The notes: generated from the letters alone by a model not told the origin. A stretch of DNA of 64,000 bases from an uncultured Acidobacteriota bacterium (GCA_963831755.1 CAWHRC010000006.1:1832-65831), one strand, 5' to 3'. Counted from the stretch's first letter, positions 26,993-38,842 are shown. Made by a program: numbers and translations.

Positions 26993-27050
26993 TTGACAGT
27001 ATAGACCACTCGGTCTATTTTGTCTCTAAATAGACAGAACGGTCTGTCTG
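26993..27050. promoter_or_regulatory. Divergent overlapping promoters with TetR-operator-like palindromes
   Basis: Plus strand has TTGACA (26993..26998) -N17- TATTTT (27016..27021). Minus strand has GAGACA (27026..27021) -N17- TATACT (27003..26998), ending 7 nt before the tetR GTG. A perfect palindrome ATAGACC-ACTC-GGTCTAT spans 27001..27018. An imperfect palindrome TAGACAGAAC/GGTCTGTCTG spans 27031..27050. Confidence 0.6.
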
Positions 27051-27067
27051 AGACTGGAGGGCGGCGC

Positions 27068-27814
27068 ATGACTTTCGAGGTTGCAGGCAGGACGGCGTTG
27101 GTGACGGGGGCGAACCGCGGCATCGGCAGGGCGATCGTGGAAGCGCTGCTCGAGCGCGGCGCATCGAAGGTGTGGGCCGGCACGCGGCGTGCCGACGCCC
27201 TGGCCGACCTCGTCGCGTCGCACGGCCGCCGCGTCGAGGCGCTGGCGCTCGACGTGACGCGCGAGGCCGACGTCGCCGCGGCCGCGCGGAAAGCGACCGA
27301 CGTCGCGCTGGTCGTGAACAACGCGGGCGTGGCCCTGCGCGCGAATGCGCCTGCCACGGACGCCGAGTGGCTGAGGGTCGGCCGCCAGGAGCTGGAGGTC
27401 AACCTGTTCGGCACGTTCGCCGTCAGCCAGGCGTTCGCGCCCGTGCTGGCCGGCCAGGGCGGCGGGGCGATCGTGAACGTGATCTCGGTGGCCGGGCTCG
27501 TCAACTTCCCGGTGCTCCTGTCCTACAGCGCCTCGAAGGCGGCGCTCCACTCGCTCACCCAGGGTCTGCGAGTCGCGCTCCGGGGACAGGGCACGCAGGT
27601 CTTCGGCGTCTATCCCGGCCCCGTCGACACCGACATGGCCGCCGGCCTGCCCGTGCAGAAGACCCCGCCCGCCGACGTGGCGCGCGCGATCCTCGACGGG
27701 CTCGCGGCCGGCACTCCGGACATCTTCCCGGATCCCATGTCGCGCCAGTTCGGCGACGCCTTCCTGAAGGGCCCCAAGGCGCTCGAGGAGCAGCTCGCCG
27801 CGTCCGCGGCCTGA
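27068..27814 (+). CDS. SDR-family oxidoreductase
   Basis: Sequence is ALVTGANRGIGRAIV...NNAG...YSASKAA. The start is the internal ATG at 27068. Confidence 0.85.
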   Translation: MTFEVAGRTALVTGANRGIGRAIVEALLERGASKVWAGTRRADALADLVASHGRRVEALALDVTREADVAAAARKATDVALVVNNAGVALRANAPATDAEWLRVGRQELEVNLFGTFAVSQAFAPVLAGQGGGAIVNVISVAGLVNFPVLLSYSASKAALHSLTQGLRVALRGQGTQVFGVYPGPVDTDMAAGLPVQKTPPADVARAILDGLAAGTPDIFPDPMSRQFGDAFLKGPKALEEQLAASAA

Positions 27815-27903
27815 ACGGCTCCAGGAGCCACACCGTTCGGCGGGTCGCGAAGGACCGCGGCCCGCTACACTTGCCGGGTGCAACCCCGCCGAGCCCCACA
27901 CCC

Positions 27904-29679
27904 GTGACCGGACAGCGCGGCTCGATTCCCTCGCGGCCGGTCGTCTTCGCGCTGGCGGTCAGCCGGCCGCACGCACGCTGGGCGATGGCCGCCGTGGCCG
28001 CGGTGCTGGTGGCTACGGCCGCGTCGCGCGTCATGACCTACACGCTGAAGCTGCTGACCGACGCCGCCATCGCGTTCGGCGAGGGACGCGGCGATCTCGC
28101 CGAGATCTGGAGGTGGGCCCTCGTCTTCCCCGGCGTGTACCTGGTCAACGAGATCGTCTGGCGGACGAGCGGCTTCTGTGGGATGCGCTGGATCACCGGG
28201 GCGGTGGCCGAGGCCAGCGAGCGTCTCTTCGGCTACCTGTCGGAGCATTCGGCGACGTACTTCGCCGACCGCTTCGCGGGCGCGCTGGTCAACAAGATCG
28301 CCAACGCCGCGTCGGGCACCGAGCGCCTGCTCACGCAGGGGCTCTGGCAGTTCCTTCCGTGGATCGTCGGCCTGCGTGGCCGACCTCTGGCTCACGTACC
28401 TCGCCCATCCCTACTTCGCGCTCGCCCTGGCGGCCTGGATGGTCGTCTACATCCCGGTCAACGTCTTCTGCGTGTCCAGGCTGCACAGGCTGAGCTTCGC
28501 CTACGCCGAGGCGTCGTCGCAGCTGCGCGGCAAGATGGTCGACACCACCGCCAACATCGACATCGTCCAGCACACCGGCGAGGGCGCCTTCGAACGGCAG
28601 CACGTCGGCGAGTCGATCGGCTTCCAGCGCGTCTCCCACCTGCGGGAGTGGTGGTGGTCGGAGTGGCTGCTGGTGGCGAACGGGTTGCTGCTCGCCGCCT
28701 TCATGGTGGCGATGTTCGGCATCGGCATGTGGCTGATCACGCGGGGGCGGATCAGCGTCGGCTCGCTGGTCATGGTGGTGACGGTGGTGATCGCCCTCGA
28801 GCAGCGCATGTTCTTCCTGGGGCAGAGCCTGACGCAGGCGGTCAGCTACCACGGGCAGGTGAGCGAGGGCCTGGCGGAGCTGCTGCCGCCGCACGAGATC
28901 ACCGACCGGCCGAACGCCACGCCGCTCGTCGTGCGGACCGCGCGGATCCGCTTCGAGGCGCTCGACTTCTCGTACAAGAACGCGCGCGTCTTCGCCGGGG
29001 ACTTCGAGCTCGACGATCCCGGGCGGGGAGAAGGTGGGGCTGGTCGGGCACAGCGGCGCCGGCAAGTCGACGCTGGTCTCGCTGCTGCTGCGTCAGTTCG
29101 AGCTCGACGGCGGCAGGATCCTGATCGACGGCCAGTCGGTCTCGGACATCACGCTCGAGTCGCTTGCGCCGCGCGGTGGCGCTGGTGCCGCAGAGCACGT
29201 CGCTCTTCCATCGGTCGATCGTCGAGAACATCCGCTACGGCCGGCTCACGGCCAGCGACGAAGAGGTCAGGGAGGCGGCGCGGCTGGCGGAGGCGGACGC
29301 CTTCATCCGGCAGCTGCCGCAGGGTTACGAGACGAAGGTCGGCGAACGTGGCGTCAAGCTGTCCGGTGGTCAGCGGCAGCGGATCGCGATCGCCCGCGCG
29401 CTCCTGCGCAAGGCGCCGATCCTGCTGCTCGACGAGGCGACGAGCGCGCTCGACAGCGAGAGCGAGGCGGCGATCCAGCATGCGCTCGTAGACCTGATGC
29501 GCGGCAAGACCGTGGTCGCGATCGCCCATCGCCTGTCCACGCTGCGCGCGATGGACCGCATCGTCGTGATCGAGCAGGGCCGGATCGTCGAGGACGGCGG
29601 CCACGAGACGCTGGTCCGGCAGGGGGGCGTCTACGCCAGCCTCTGGAACAGCCAGGTGTCCGGCTTCATCCCCGACTGA
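27904..29679 (+). pseudogene. ABC transporter, fused permease/ATPase (MsbA-like exporter), at least 3 frame changes
   Basis: The TMD is split between the frames of ORFs 27172 and 28178. The NBD is split between 29034 (GLVGHSGAGKSTL) and 29164 ([16 protein letters not shown]...[12 protein letters not shown]). Confidence 0.8.
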
Positions 29680-29931
29680 CGGGAAGCTCGCTCGGAGGGC
29701 CCGGCCCGCCCGAGGCGCCGTCGTGCAGGTGTCCGCCGGTGCAGGCCTGATACGGAGGTCGAACGCGCCCTGGAGAGCGATCCAACGGCCAGCCGAACAG
29801 AGTCGTGCGCGAATGGACCAACGACGGTCGCACTGATACTGTTTTGACCGGGGTTGGGACGGCCTGGTTTTGCAGCCTTCCTCGACCCTGCGAAGCCCCA
29901 CGCACGATGGTTGGTGCCCAGGAGGACGGAG

Positions 29932-30999
29932 ATGAGATCTCAGGGACGAGTGATCCTGCTGCCGGTGGTCGTGGCCTTGACCTTGGGCGGCGCGCCGAGC
30001 CGCACGCAGGCTGAGACCCCGGCGGCTGCGCCCGCTCAATTCAGCGTGCGCCCGCTGGCGTTGCCCGGAGCTCCCGCCACGGGGGCCGTGTTCATGGACT
30101 ACATCGCCTACGATCGGACCCAGCACCGCGTCTGGGTTCCGGCGGGCAACACGGGCAGCGTCGATGTCATCGAGACGAAGAGCGAGAAGATCACGCGGCT
30201 CGACGGCTTCCCGACGGCCGAGTTCGAACGCGCGGGCACCAAGCGTACCGTCGGGCCGAGCTCCGCAACGGTCGGGGAAGGTGTCGTCTACGTGGGCAAT
30301 CGCGGTGACTCGAGCGTGTGTATCGTGGATGCATCGGTGCTCAAGAAGGGCGCCTGTCTCAAGCTCGAGTCCTCACCCGACGGCCTGGCTTACGTAGGGG
30401 CCACGAAGGAAGTCTGGGTGACCACGCCGCGCGACAAGTCGATCACGATCCTCGACGCCTCGAAGGCCGGCGTCCTGACGGCAAAGGCCCGGATCCCCCT
30501 GGAGGGTTCGCCCGAAGGATTCGCTGTGGATGGCGGGCGGGGCGTCTTCTACACCAATCTCGAGGACAAGGATCGCACGCTCTCGATCGACGTCCGCAGC
30601 CGTGCCGTCAGCAAGACATGGCTGCCCAAGTGCGGCGATGCCGGGCCAAGAGGCCTGGCGATCGACACCCAGCTGAACTTCCTGCTCGTGGCCTGCACGG
30701 ACCACGTCAACGTGCTGGACGCCGGGCACGATGGGCAGCTCTTGTCGAGCATCGACACCGGCGCAGGGATCGACAACATCGACTACGTGGCGTCTCGGCA
30801 CGAGCTCTACGCTGCGGCCGGACGCGCGGCCAAGCTCACGGTGGCGCGGCTCGACGCGCAGGGCAAGCTGACGCTCGTTGCGAGCGTCTCCACGGCCACC
30901 GGTGCCCGGAACGCGGTAGCAACCGAAGAAGGTGTGGCCTACCTGACGGATGCGCCCGAGGGAAAGGTGCTCGTCGTTTCGCCCGCCGCCACGAAATGA
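29932..30999 (+). CDS. Secreted beta-propeller repeat protein (YncE-like)
   Basis: The signal peptide is MRSQGRVILLPVVVALTLGG. Repeated ...P.G.A.D... strands are present (SPDGLAYV, SPEGFAVD, GPRGLAID). Confidence 0.65.
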   Translation: MRSQGRVILLPVVVALTLGGAPSRTQAETPAAAPAQFSVRPLALPGAPATGAVFMDYIAYDRTQHRVWVPAGNTGSVDVIETKSEKITRLDGFPTAEFERAGTKRTVGPSSATVGEGVVYVGNRGDSSVCIVDASVLKKGACLKLESSPDGLAYVGATKEVWVTTPRDKSITILDASKAGVLTAKARIPLEGSPEGFAVDGGRGVFYTNLEDKDRTLSIDVRSRAVSKTWLPKCGDAGPRGLAIDTQLNFLLVACTDHVNVLDAGHDGQLLSSIDTGAGIDNIDYVASRHELYAAAGRAAKLTVARLDAQGKLTLVASVSTATGARNAVATEEGVAYLTDAPEGKVLVVSPAATK

Positions 31000-31232
31000 G
31001 CTTCGGGTCGTACGTGCTGGCCTGCGTGGAGTCGCCGTCTTGAGTTGACTGCACGCACTCAGGGCGGAGGATCAGCCAGTCTCGGCTCAATAGCGTGCGA
31101 CAGGGGTGCTTTCCAACTATTGTTCCGCATCGCACTTCCATGCGCTGGGACACGGGACGCGGCGCCCGCTCACCGAGAGCGCCCTTAGAGGAGGTGAGTT
31201 GAGTCTCTCCCTCGCGCGCTTCGCGGATCCTG

Positions 31233-32694
31233 ATGGCCGCACAGGGGCACCACGGCGGGTCAGATCGCCTGGCTCACGGGCCCGGTGGTGCGCCACGCAC
31301 CTCGTCGGTTCGGCGCTCGTTCTCATCGTGGGAGGCTGCGCCAGCTACCAGCCGAGGCCTCTCTGCGCCGGAGCGCTCTGCAGCAGCCTTCGCCGCGCGC
31401 TCGTTGAGCGACCCGGGGCTGAGGCGCTTCGTCGAGACGGGACTCGCGCGGCGGTTCGACGCCTGGCCACCGGCACGCTGGGACTTCTCGACGCTGACGC
31501 TCGTCGCCTTCTACGAGCACCCCGACCTCGACGTCGGCGCGAGCACGCTGGGCCACGGCTCAGGCGGGCCAGCTCACCGCACGGCAGCGACCGAATCCGA
31601 CGATCGGTTTCCAGCCAGCGTACGACACCACGACGCGTCCGCCCTGGATCCTCGGGCTGGCGTTCGACATCCCGATCGAGATCGCCGGCAAGCGCGGCTA
31701 TCGGATCGCCGAGGCGAAGCAGCTTTCCGAGGCCGCGCGGCTGTCCATCGCCGCCGCGGCATGGCAGGTCCGCCGCCGCCTGCGCGACGAGTTGCTGGCC
31801 TGGCGCGCAGCGAGCCAGTCATCTGCGGTTCTCCAGCAGCAGGAGGCAAGCCAGGCCGAGGTGGTTCGCCTGCTCGAGGGCCAGCTCCAGCTCGGCGGCG
31901 TGTCCGGTTTCGTGCTGACCCAGGCACGGCTTGCGCTCCGTCAGACGCGGCTCGCGCTGCAGGACGCGGCGCAGCGCCGGGACGTGACGTTCGCGCGCGT
32001 GGCGTCGGCCGTTGGGTTGCCCGTTGCTGCGCTCGAGGGGGCCAGCTTCGACCTCGAGGAGCTGGAGGCCCTGCCGCCCGACCCGGCGGATGCCGACGCC
32101 CGCCGCCAGGCCCTGGTCAACCGCGCCGACATCCGGGCCGCGCTCGCCGACTACGCCGCCGCGGACGCGGCTTTGCGACTCGAGATCGCCCGGCAGTACC
32201 CCGACCTGCGCCTGGGCCCGGGCTACCAGCGCGACCAGACCGACAACAAGTGGTCGCTCGGCCTGACCCTCGAACTGCCGGTATTCAGCCGCAATCGAGG
32301 GCCGATCGCCGAGGCCGAGGCGAGGCGCGAGGAGCTCGCCGCCGCCTTTGGCGCGCTCCAGGCCGGCGTCCTCTCGCAGATCGAGCAGGCGCTCGCCGGC
32401 TACCGTGTCGCGCGCGACAAGGCCGACACCGCCCGGCAACTCCAGGGCGACTCGCGCCGGCAGGAAGAGGCTTCGCGCCAGATGCTCCGCGTGGGCGAGA
32501 TCACACCGCTGGAACTGGCGCAGCGTCAGGTCGAGCTCGGCGCTGCCTCGCTCGCCGTGATCGACGCCAGCGCTGCCGCTCAGCAGGCGCTGGGCACGCT
32601 CGAAGACGCCCTGCAGAGCCCGCTCGGGCTTCCTGACTCCCTCTGGGAGAAGGCGCCCCGTCCGGCCAGCATCGGGAGGGAACAGGCACAATGA
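31233..32694 (+). pseudogene. Outer-membrane efflux protein (TolC/OMF family lipoprotein), at least 3 frame changes; start approximate
   Basis: The lipobox LVLIVGGCASYQ is in one frame and SAPERSAAAFAARSLSDPGLRRFVE...FYEHPDLDV in another. PWILGLAFDIPIEIAGKRGYRIAEAK is in a third frame. The intact 3' part runs from 31792 (LELPVFSRNRGPIAEAEA). Confidence 0.75.
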
Positions 32695-33795
32695 GATCAA
32701 CACTCGCGACTGCGGGTCGCGTCTTGAGCGGCCTCGTCCTGCCGATGCTGCTTGGATGCGGCAACCGCGGTGAACCGCAGCCACCGGCGACGGAGGTGAG
32801 CGTCGAGACGGGTCTCGTGGCCAGGGCCACGCTGCACGCCTGGGTGGATGCGTACGGCACGGTGGAGCCCGCGCCGGCGGCGGGAGGGAAGCCCGCCGGC
32901 GGCGCTCGGCTCGCGGCCCCGGTGGCTGGGCTCGTACGCTCGGTGCCGGTCAGCGAGGGGCGGACGGTGCGCGCGGGCGATGTCGTCGTGCGGCTCGACG
33001 ACCGGGCGGCGCAGGCTGCCGTCGACAAGGCGAGTGAGACGCTGAAGCGGGCCGAGCTGACCCTGGCACGCGAGCGGGCGCTGCTGGAGCAGCGCAATAC
33101 GTCGCAGAAGCAGGTCGAGCTGGCGGAGGAGGAGGCGGCGTCCGCGCGCGCGGACCTGGCCGCCGCCCAGGCCCAGCTGGCCGTCGTCGACCTGGCCTCG
33201 CCGCTCGCCGGCGTCGTGACCCGCATCCAGGTGCAACCCGGCCAGGCCGTGGACCTGAACTCGGTCGTCGCCGAGATCGTGGACCTCCATCGGCTGGTCG
33301 TATCGGTCCCGGTGCCGGCGTCCGAGGCCGCGCTCCTCAGAGCCGCTCGTCCCGTCGAGATTCGCCTCGACGACAACACAGGCGAACCTGCGGCCCGGGG
33401 AGAGGTGACGTTCGTGAGCCCCTCGGTGGATCAGAAGACCGGCACCGCTCTGGTTCGGGTGGCGCTCCCGGCGGACTCGGCGTCTGTGGCCAGGTCAGTT
33501 GGTCCACGCTCGGATCCTGCGCGAAGAGCACGCGGACCGTCTCGCGGTGCCCTCGGCCAGCGTCTACACGGACCACGACGGGCGCAGCACACTCTCGGTG
33601 GTCGAAGGCGACACGGCGATCCGCAGGGAAGTGAACGTGGGGCTGCGCGAGGGAGACCTGGTGGAGGTCTCCGGCGGGGGACTGAAGGCGGGGGACCGGG
33701 TGGTGACGGTCGGCTCCTACGGGCTGCCTGAGAAGACCAAGGTGAGGATCGCCAAGACCGGGCCGCCGGCCTCCGAAGGCTCGCCGTCCCGATGA
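32691..33795 (+). pseudogene. Efflux RND periplasmic adaptor (MFP/HlyD family), one frame change near 33485
   Basis: It has the lipobox LPMLLGCG and the stretch LAAPVAGLVRSVPVSEGRTVRAGDVVVRLDD. The C-terminus continues in the frame of ORF 33499 (LAVPSASVY...GDRVVTVGSYGL). Confidence 0.8.
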
Positions 33796-36700
33796 CGGGC
33801 CGCTCCGCCGTCGGCGCGTTCGCGCTGCACCACCGTCTCGCCGATCGCCTTCATCGCGGCAGCGCTTGTGCGTGGCCGGGATCTACTCGGCCTACCAGAT
33901 GCCGTCCTCCGTCTTCCCGCAGACGGACTTCCCGCGGTGCGTCGTGCTGGTCGACAACGGCGTCATGCCCGGCGACGAGATGATGGCCACCATCACCCGG
34001 CCGATCGAAGAAGCGATGAAAGACATCCCGGGTGTCGTGCAGGTGCGTTCGGCGACCGGGCGCGGCTCCGCGGAGGTGAACGTCTTCTTCGACTGGAAAG
34101 TCGACATGAAGCAGTCGGAGCTCTACGTGCTGAGCCGCCTCGGCCAGATCCGCGGCGAGCTGCCTCCGACGGCGACGACGACGGTCTGGCGGCTCACCTT
34201 CTCGGCCTTTCCCATCCTCGGCATCAGCCTGACCAGCCCGCAGCGCGACATCACGAGTCTCTGGGAGACCGCGCGCTACGAGCTGAAGCCGCGCTTCCTG
34301 CGCATCCCCGGCGTCGCGCGGGTCGACCTCGTGGGCGGCCGCGCGCCGGAGTACCACGTGGTGGTGGACCCGATGAGGCTGCACGCCGCGGGCCTGGCCC
34401 TGAGCGACGTCACGAGCGCCCTCGAGCGGAACAACCTGATCGCCCCGACCGGCGTGCACGAGGAGAACTACACCCTCTACCTCACCGTCGTGGACGGCCG
34501 GCTGCGGACGCCCGCCGAGATCGAGAACCTGAGCGTCGTCGTGCGTGGCTCCCAGGTGGTGCGCGTGCGCGACTTCGCCCGGGTGGAGCGCGGACCGGAG
34601 CCGGTCTTCAACGTCGTCACCGCCGACGGGAGTGAACGCCGTGCTGCTCAACGTGCGGAGCCAGCCCGACGGCTCGACGCTCGGCATCGCGAGCGCGCTC
34701 GAGGCGCAGCTCAGCGAGCTGCGGCGCACGCTGCCCCCCGACGTGAAGCTGGCGTTCTTCTACGACCAGTCTCTGCTGGTGCGCGAGTCCGTGCGCAGCG
34801 TCTGGGAGGCGATCCTCTTCGGCCTCGTCCTCTCGGTCGTCATCATCTACGTCTTCCTCAAGGACTGGGGCACGACCCTCACCGCCATCGTCGTGATCCC
34901 GCTGTCCGTGCTCGTCACCCTGCTGGCCATGCACCTCGCAGGGATGAGCTTCAATCTGATGACGCTGGGCGGCATCGCCGCGGCCATCGGCCTCATCATC
35001 GACGACGCCATCGTCGTCGTGGAAGCGATCCACGCCAAGCTCGCCGCCGGCCAGTCGCGGCTCGATGCGATTCGGGACGGGATCGGGGAGATCCTTCGCC
35101 CGCTCGTCGCATCGACGCTCACGCCCGTCGTCGTGTTCCTGCCGCTGGCGTTCCTGATCGGCATTGCCGGGGTCTTCTTTCGTGCCCTGGCGCTGACCAT
35201 GGTCGTCTCGCTGCTGACGTCCCTCGTCCTGGCGATCACGCTCACCCCGTCGATCGCCGGCTGGCTGCTCGGTGAGCGCCGGACGGGCTCGGGCGGCGAG
35301 ACGGCGCCGGGCGAAGGAGGCGGGAGGCTGCTGCGGCGGGTGAACCGGGTCTACGAGGCGGCGGTGCGGGCGGCCCTGGGGCGCGCCTGGCTGGCGCTCG
35401 CAGCCTGCATACTGGTTGGCGGTCTCGCCGTCGTCGTTTACCAGCAGCTTTCGAGCGATTTCCTGCCCGAGCTCGACGAGGGCGCCTTCGTCCTCGACTA
35501 CATCGCCCCGTGGGGCACGAGCCTCACGGAGACCGATCGGATGCTGCGCGGCGTGGAAGACGTCCTGCGCGCCACGCCGGAGGTCGAAAGCTACTCGCGG
35601 CGGACAGGCGCACGGCTCGCGCTCGCGATAGCCGAGCCGAACACCGGCGACTTCCTCGTCAAGCTGCGTCCCGCGCGCAAGCGCAGCACGGAGGAGGTCA
35701 AGAGCGCGCTCCGCCGCCAGTTGAACTCCGCCTACCCCGCGATCGAGTGGGACTTCCCGGGCATCCTGAGCGACCTCATCGGCGACCTGACCTGGTCGCC
35801 GAAGCCGATCGAGATCAAGCTCTTCTCCACCGACACCGCCTGGCTGATGAAGAAGGCCCCCGAGGTCGCCGAGAAGATCGGGAAGATCCCAGGTGTCGTC
35901 GACGTGAACGACGGCCTCACCATGACCGGGCCGACGCTCAGCCTGCGCGCGCGTCCGGCCGTGCTCGAGCGCTTCGGCCTCGGCGTCGACGACCTCGGGC
36001 GGGCCGTCGGCGCGGCCATGCTGGGCCAGGTCGCTTCGAGCGTGCTGGAGGGCGACCGTGTCGTGCCCTGTTCGCGTGACGGTCGACCCCCGGCAGACCG
36101 CTCGTCTCGCGACCCTGCGCGAGCAACCCCTGCGGGCGCCCGACGGCACCCTGCTGAAGCTGTCCCAGGTCGCGGCCGTGGCCGAGGAGCCAGGCCAGCT
36201 CGAGCTGCAGCGGGAGGACCTGCGCCAGCTCGTGTCCGTGACCGCGAGGCTCGAGGGGCGGGACCTCGGCAGCGGGATGGAGGACATCAAGAGGCTCCTC
36301 TCTCAGGACCGCACGATCCCCTCCGACGTGATCGAGTTCGGCGGCCTCTACCAGCAGCAGCAGGAGTCGTTCCGCAACCTGCTGCTCACTCTGCTCGGCG
36401 CGATCTTCCTGGTGTTCACCGTGCTGCTCGTCGAGTTCCGTTCCTTCGCCGAGCCGACGGCGATCGTGTTCGGCGCGGTGCTGGCGCTCTTCGGCACTGT
36501 GCTCGCGCTCTGGCTCACCGGCACCTCGCTCAACATCGTCTCGTTCCTGGGCGCCATCATCGGGGTCGGCATCGTGGCCAAGAACGGCATCCTGATGCTC
36601 GACCGCGTCGATCACCTGCGGGCCGAAGGTATGTCACTCCAGGACGCCCTGGTGCGCTCCGGCCACCGCCGTCTGCGCCCGGTGCTCATGACGTCGCTGG

Positions 36701-36909
36701 CGGCGGGCCTCGGCATGCTGCCGCTCGCCTACGGCATCGGGGCCGGTGCCGACATGCTGCGGCCGCTGGCGATCGCGGTGATCGGCGCGCTGTGCATCTC
36801 GGTGCTGCTCTCGCTCGTCGCGACACCGGTGGCGTACTCACTGATGGCCCCACGAGACGTCGTTCGCCCGCCCGGCCCGGAGGCTGGAACGTCCGAGGGG
36901 CAAGGATGA
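33792..36909 (+). pseudogene. RND efflux permease (AcrB/HAE-type), at least 3 frame changes
   Basis: The pieces lie in frames 33792, 33866, 34545 and 36058. Motifs include MPSSVFPQTDFPR, GIAAAIGLIIDDAIVVVE and SFLGAIIGVGIVAKNGILM. The gene order OMF-MFP-RND has 4-nt overlaps. Confidence 0.85.
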
Positions 36910-37155
36910 CGGTCGGGGCCCGCGCATCGTCCTTTGCGCGAGGACGGGTTCGAGAGGGTCACACGGCGATCTGGGAGAAGCGCGGCGCCAGCTGGCTGAT
37001 CGTGCGCGAGCACGCGCCCTGCGATTCGGCGCCTTCGCGCCCCGGTGTGGCGTTCGTGTCGAGCGGACGGCCGCACCGTCTCCCGTCAATCCGGCGAAAT
37101 GACGGCCTTTACGCCCCAGCCGGCTCGGGCACGCTTCTTGAGAAGGGGGGAGCAA

Positions 37156-38340
37156 ATGGCTTCGGTCCCTTCGCTCGACGAGTTCACGACAGCCGGCTCG
37201 GCCCCGGTATTCGGCGAGCTGGCCGCCGCCCGCTCTCCGCGGAAGCTCTTGCGCCGGGGCGATGCCCGCCAGCTGCTCGAGGAGATCGACGCGGCGCTCT
37301 CCCGGGTCGAGCACGTCCCGGCGCCGGGCCCCCCGCCTGGACCCGCCCCCTTCTACCGTGTGGCCGCCTGGAACGTGTGCCGCGGCATCCACTTCGACGG
37401 TGTGCTCCACCACGTCCGCCACGACCCGGTGCTGTCACGCGCCGATGTGCTGCTGCTCACCGAGCTCGACAAAGGCATGGCACGCTCCGCCAACCGCGAC
37501 GTGGCGCGGGAGCTGGGCCGCGAGCTCGGCATGAACGCGGCCTTCATCCCCTGCTACTTGAACCTGACCAAGGGCAACGGCGCCGAGCGATCGTCGACGG
37601 GACGCAACGCGCTCGGGCTGCACGGCAACGCGATCCTCTCGCGCTATCCGCTCGCCGGGCTGCGCGTCCACTCGCTTGCGAACGGCCGTGACAAGCTGTC
37701 CGGGCCCGAGAAGCGCATCGGGCGCCAGCGCGGGCTGACCGCCGAGGTCGCGCTGCCCGGCCTGCCGCTCGCCGTCACCTGCCTGCACCTCGACGCCCAC
37801 GCCAGCCGCGCCCACCGGCGCCGGCAGATGCAGCAGGTGCTCGCGGAAACCGCCGACCTCGAGGGGCCACACCTGATCGGCGGCGACTGGAACACCACCA
37901 CCTTCGACTGCCAGAGCGGCAGGGCCGCGGTGGCGGACTTCGCCGCGCGCCTGCTGCAGGGCCTCGAGCGCTTCCTGCGGGACGATCCGCTCCATCCGGA
38001 GCGAAGGCGCGAGCGGCCGCTCTTCGAGGCCCTGCGGCGCTCCGGGTTCGAGTGGGATTCCTGCAACCTCGCGGGGGCGGCGACCTGGCACTTCGACCTG
38101 GGCGACGGCGACGGCGCGCTCCGGGACTGGCTGCCGCGCTGGGCGCCGAGGGTCGTGGAGTGGGCTCTGCGCCGCAGCGGCGGCCGCTGCGTCTTCAAGA
38201 TCGACTGGCTCGCGGCGCGCGGCCTCGCCTGCTCGGCGCCGCGCGTGCTCGCGGGCCTGCGCCACGCCGGCGCGAGAGTGTCCGACCACGACCCGATCGT
38301 GGTCGACCTGCTTCCGCGACGGGCCCCCTCGCAGCCCTGA
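37156..38340 (+). CDS. Endonuclease/exonuclease/phosphatase (EEP) family protein
   Basis: Sequence is RVAAWNVCRG...LLLTELD...GGDWNTT...VSDHDPIVVDL. A GAAGGGGGGA RBS precedes the ATG at 37156. Confidence 0.75.
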   Translation: MASVPSLDEFTTAGSAPVFGELAAARSPRKLLRRGDARQLLEEIDAALSRVEHVPAPGPPPGPAPFYRVAAWNVCRGIHFDGVLHHVRHDPVLSRADVLLLTELDKGMARSANRDVARELGRELGMNAAFIPCYLNLTKGNGAERSSTGRNALGLHGNAILSRYPLAGLRVHSLANGRDKLSGPEKRIGRQRGLTAEVALPGLPLAVTCLHLDAHASRAHRRRQMQQVLAETADLEGPHLIGGDWNTTTFDCQSGRAAVADFAARLLQGLERFLRDDPLHPERRRERPLFEALRRSGFEWDSCNLAGAATWHFDLGDGDGALRDWLPRWAPRVVEWALRRSGGRCVFKIDWLAARGLACSAPRVLAGLRHAGARVSDHDPIVVDLLPRRAPSQP

Positions 38341-38355
38341 TGTCGAGCCGCTCAG

Positions 38356-38375
38356 GCGGAGTAGGAAGCCTCCGC
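38356..38375. terminator. Weak hairpin in the 34-nt gap between convergent genes
   Basis: GCGGAG (38356..38361) pairs with CTCCGC (38370..38375) around an 8-nt loop. There is no U-tract. Confidence 0.25.
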
Positions 38376-38842
38376 TATTCGGCAGGGTTGAGCGTGAAGT
38401 TCAGCGTGATGGCGCAGCCCGGCTGGTCCCAGGTGCACGCAGGATCGGGCAACTGGACCTCCCGCCACTCGATTCCGTAGCCCCTCGCGGTCGCGTTCAA
38501 CAGGAACGCACCCTCACCCGAGCGGCTCACCTTCAGCTGGTAATAGCCATTGGCGTTCGTCCTGACACCCTGGTCGGCGCCGTCCTGTGCGGACACGTCG
38601 CTGAAGAGCGTGCACTGAGCGTTGCTCGCACACTCGATGTTGGCGTTGGCCACCGGTCGGTTCGCCGGGTCCACGACGATGCCGCGGACGATGCCGGACG
38701 CCGACGCCACTTGCTCCGTCGTCTTCGTGGCTGTCACCGCCTCGGCAGTCGTTGGCGCAGGCGTGGTGCCACAAGCCGCAAGCATCAGCATCGCCGATCC
38801 GACCGGCAGCGTGCGCCCGAGCGCCCGAAATACCATTCGCAT
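38375..38842 (-). CDS. Lipoprotein with a carboxypeptidase-regulatory-like (CarboxypepD_reg) domain
   Basis: The lipobox is MLMLAACG. The stretch GIVRGIVVDPANRPVANANIE...TNANGYYQL is typical of this domain. Confidence 0.65.
   Translation of the reverse strand: MRMVFRALGRTLPVGSAMLMLAACGTTPAPTTAEAVTATKTTEQVASASGIVRGIVVDPANRPVANANIECASNAQCTLFSDVSAQDGADQGVRTNANGYYQLKVSRSGEGAFLLNATARGYGIEWREVQLPDPACTWDQPGCAITLNFTLNPAE

Noticed and set aside
34617-36290. 557-aa minus-strand ORF, and similar ORFs at 59495..60886 and 26254..27504.
   Set aside because: They are antisense to the RND pump, GspE and TetR/SDR genes respectively, and their composition is typical of shadow ORFs.
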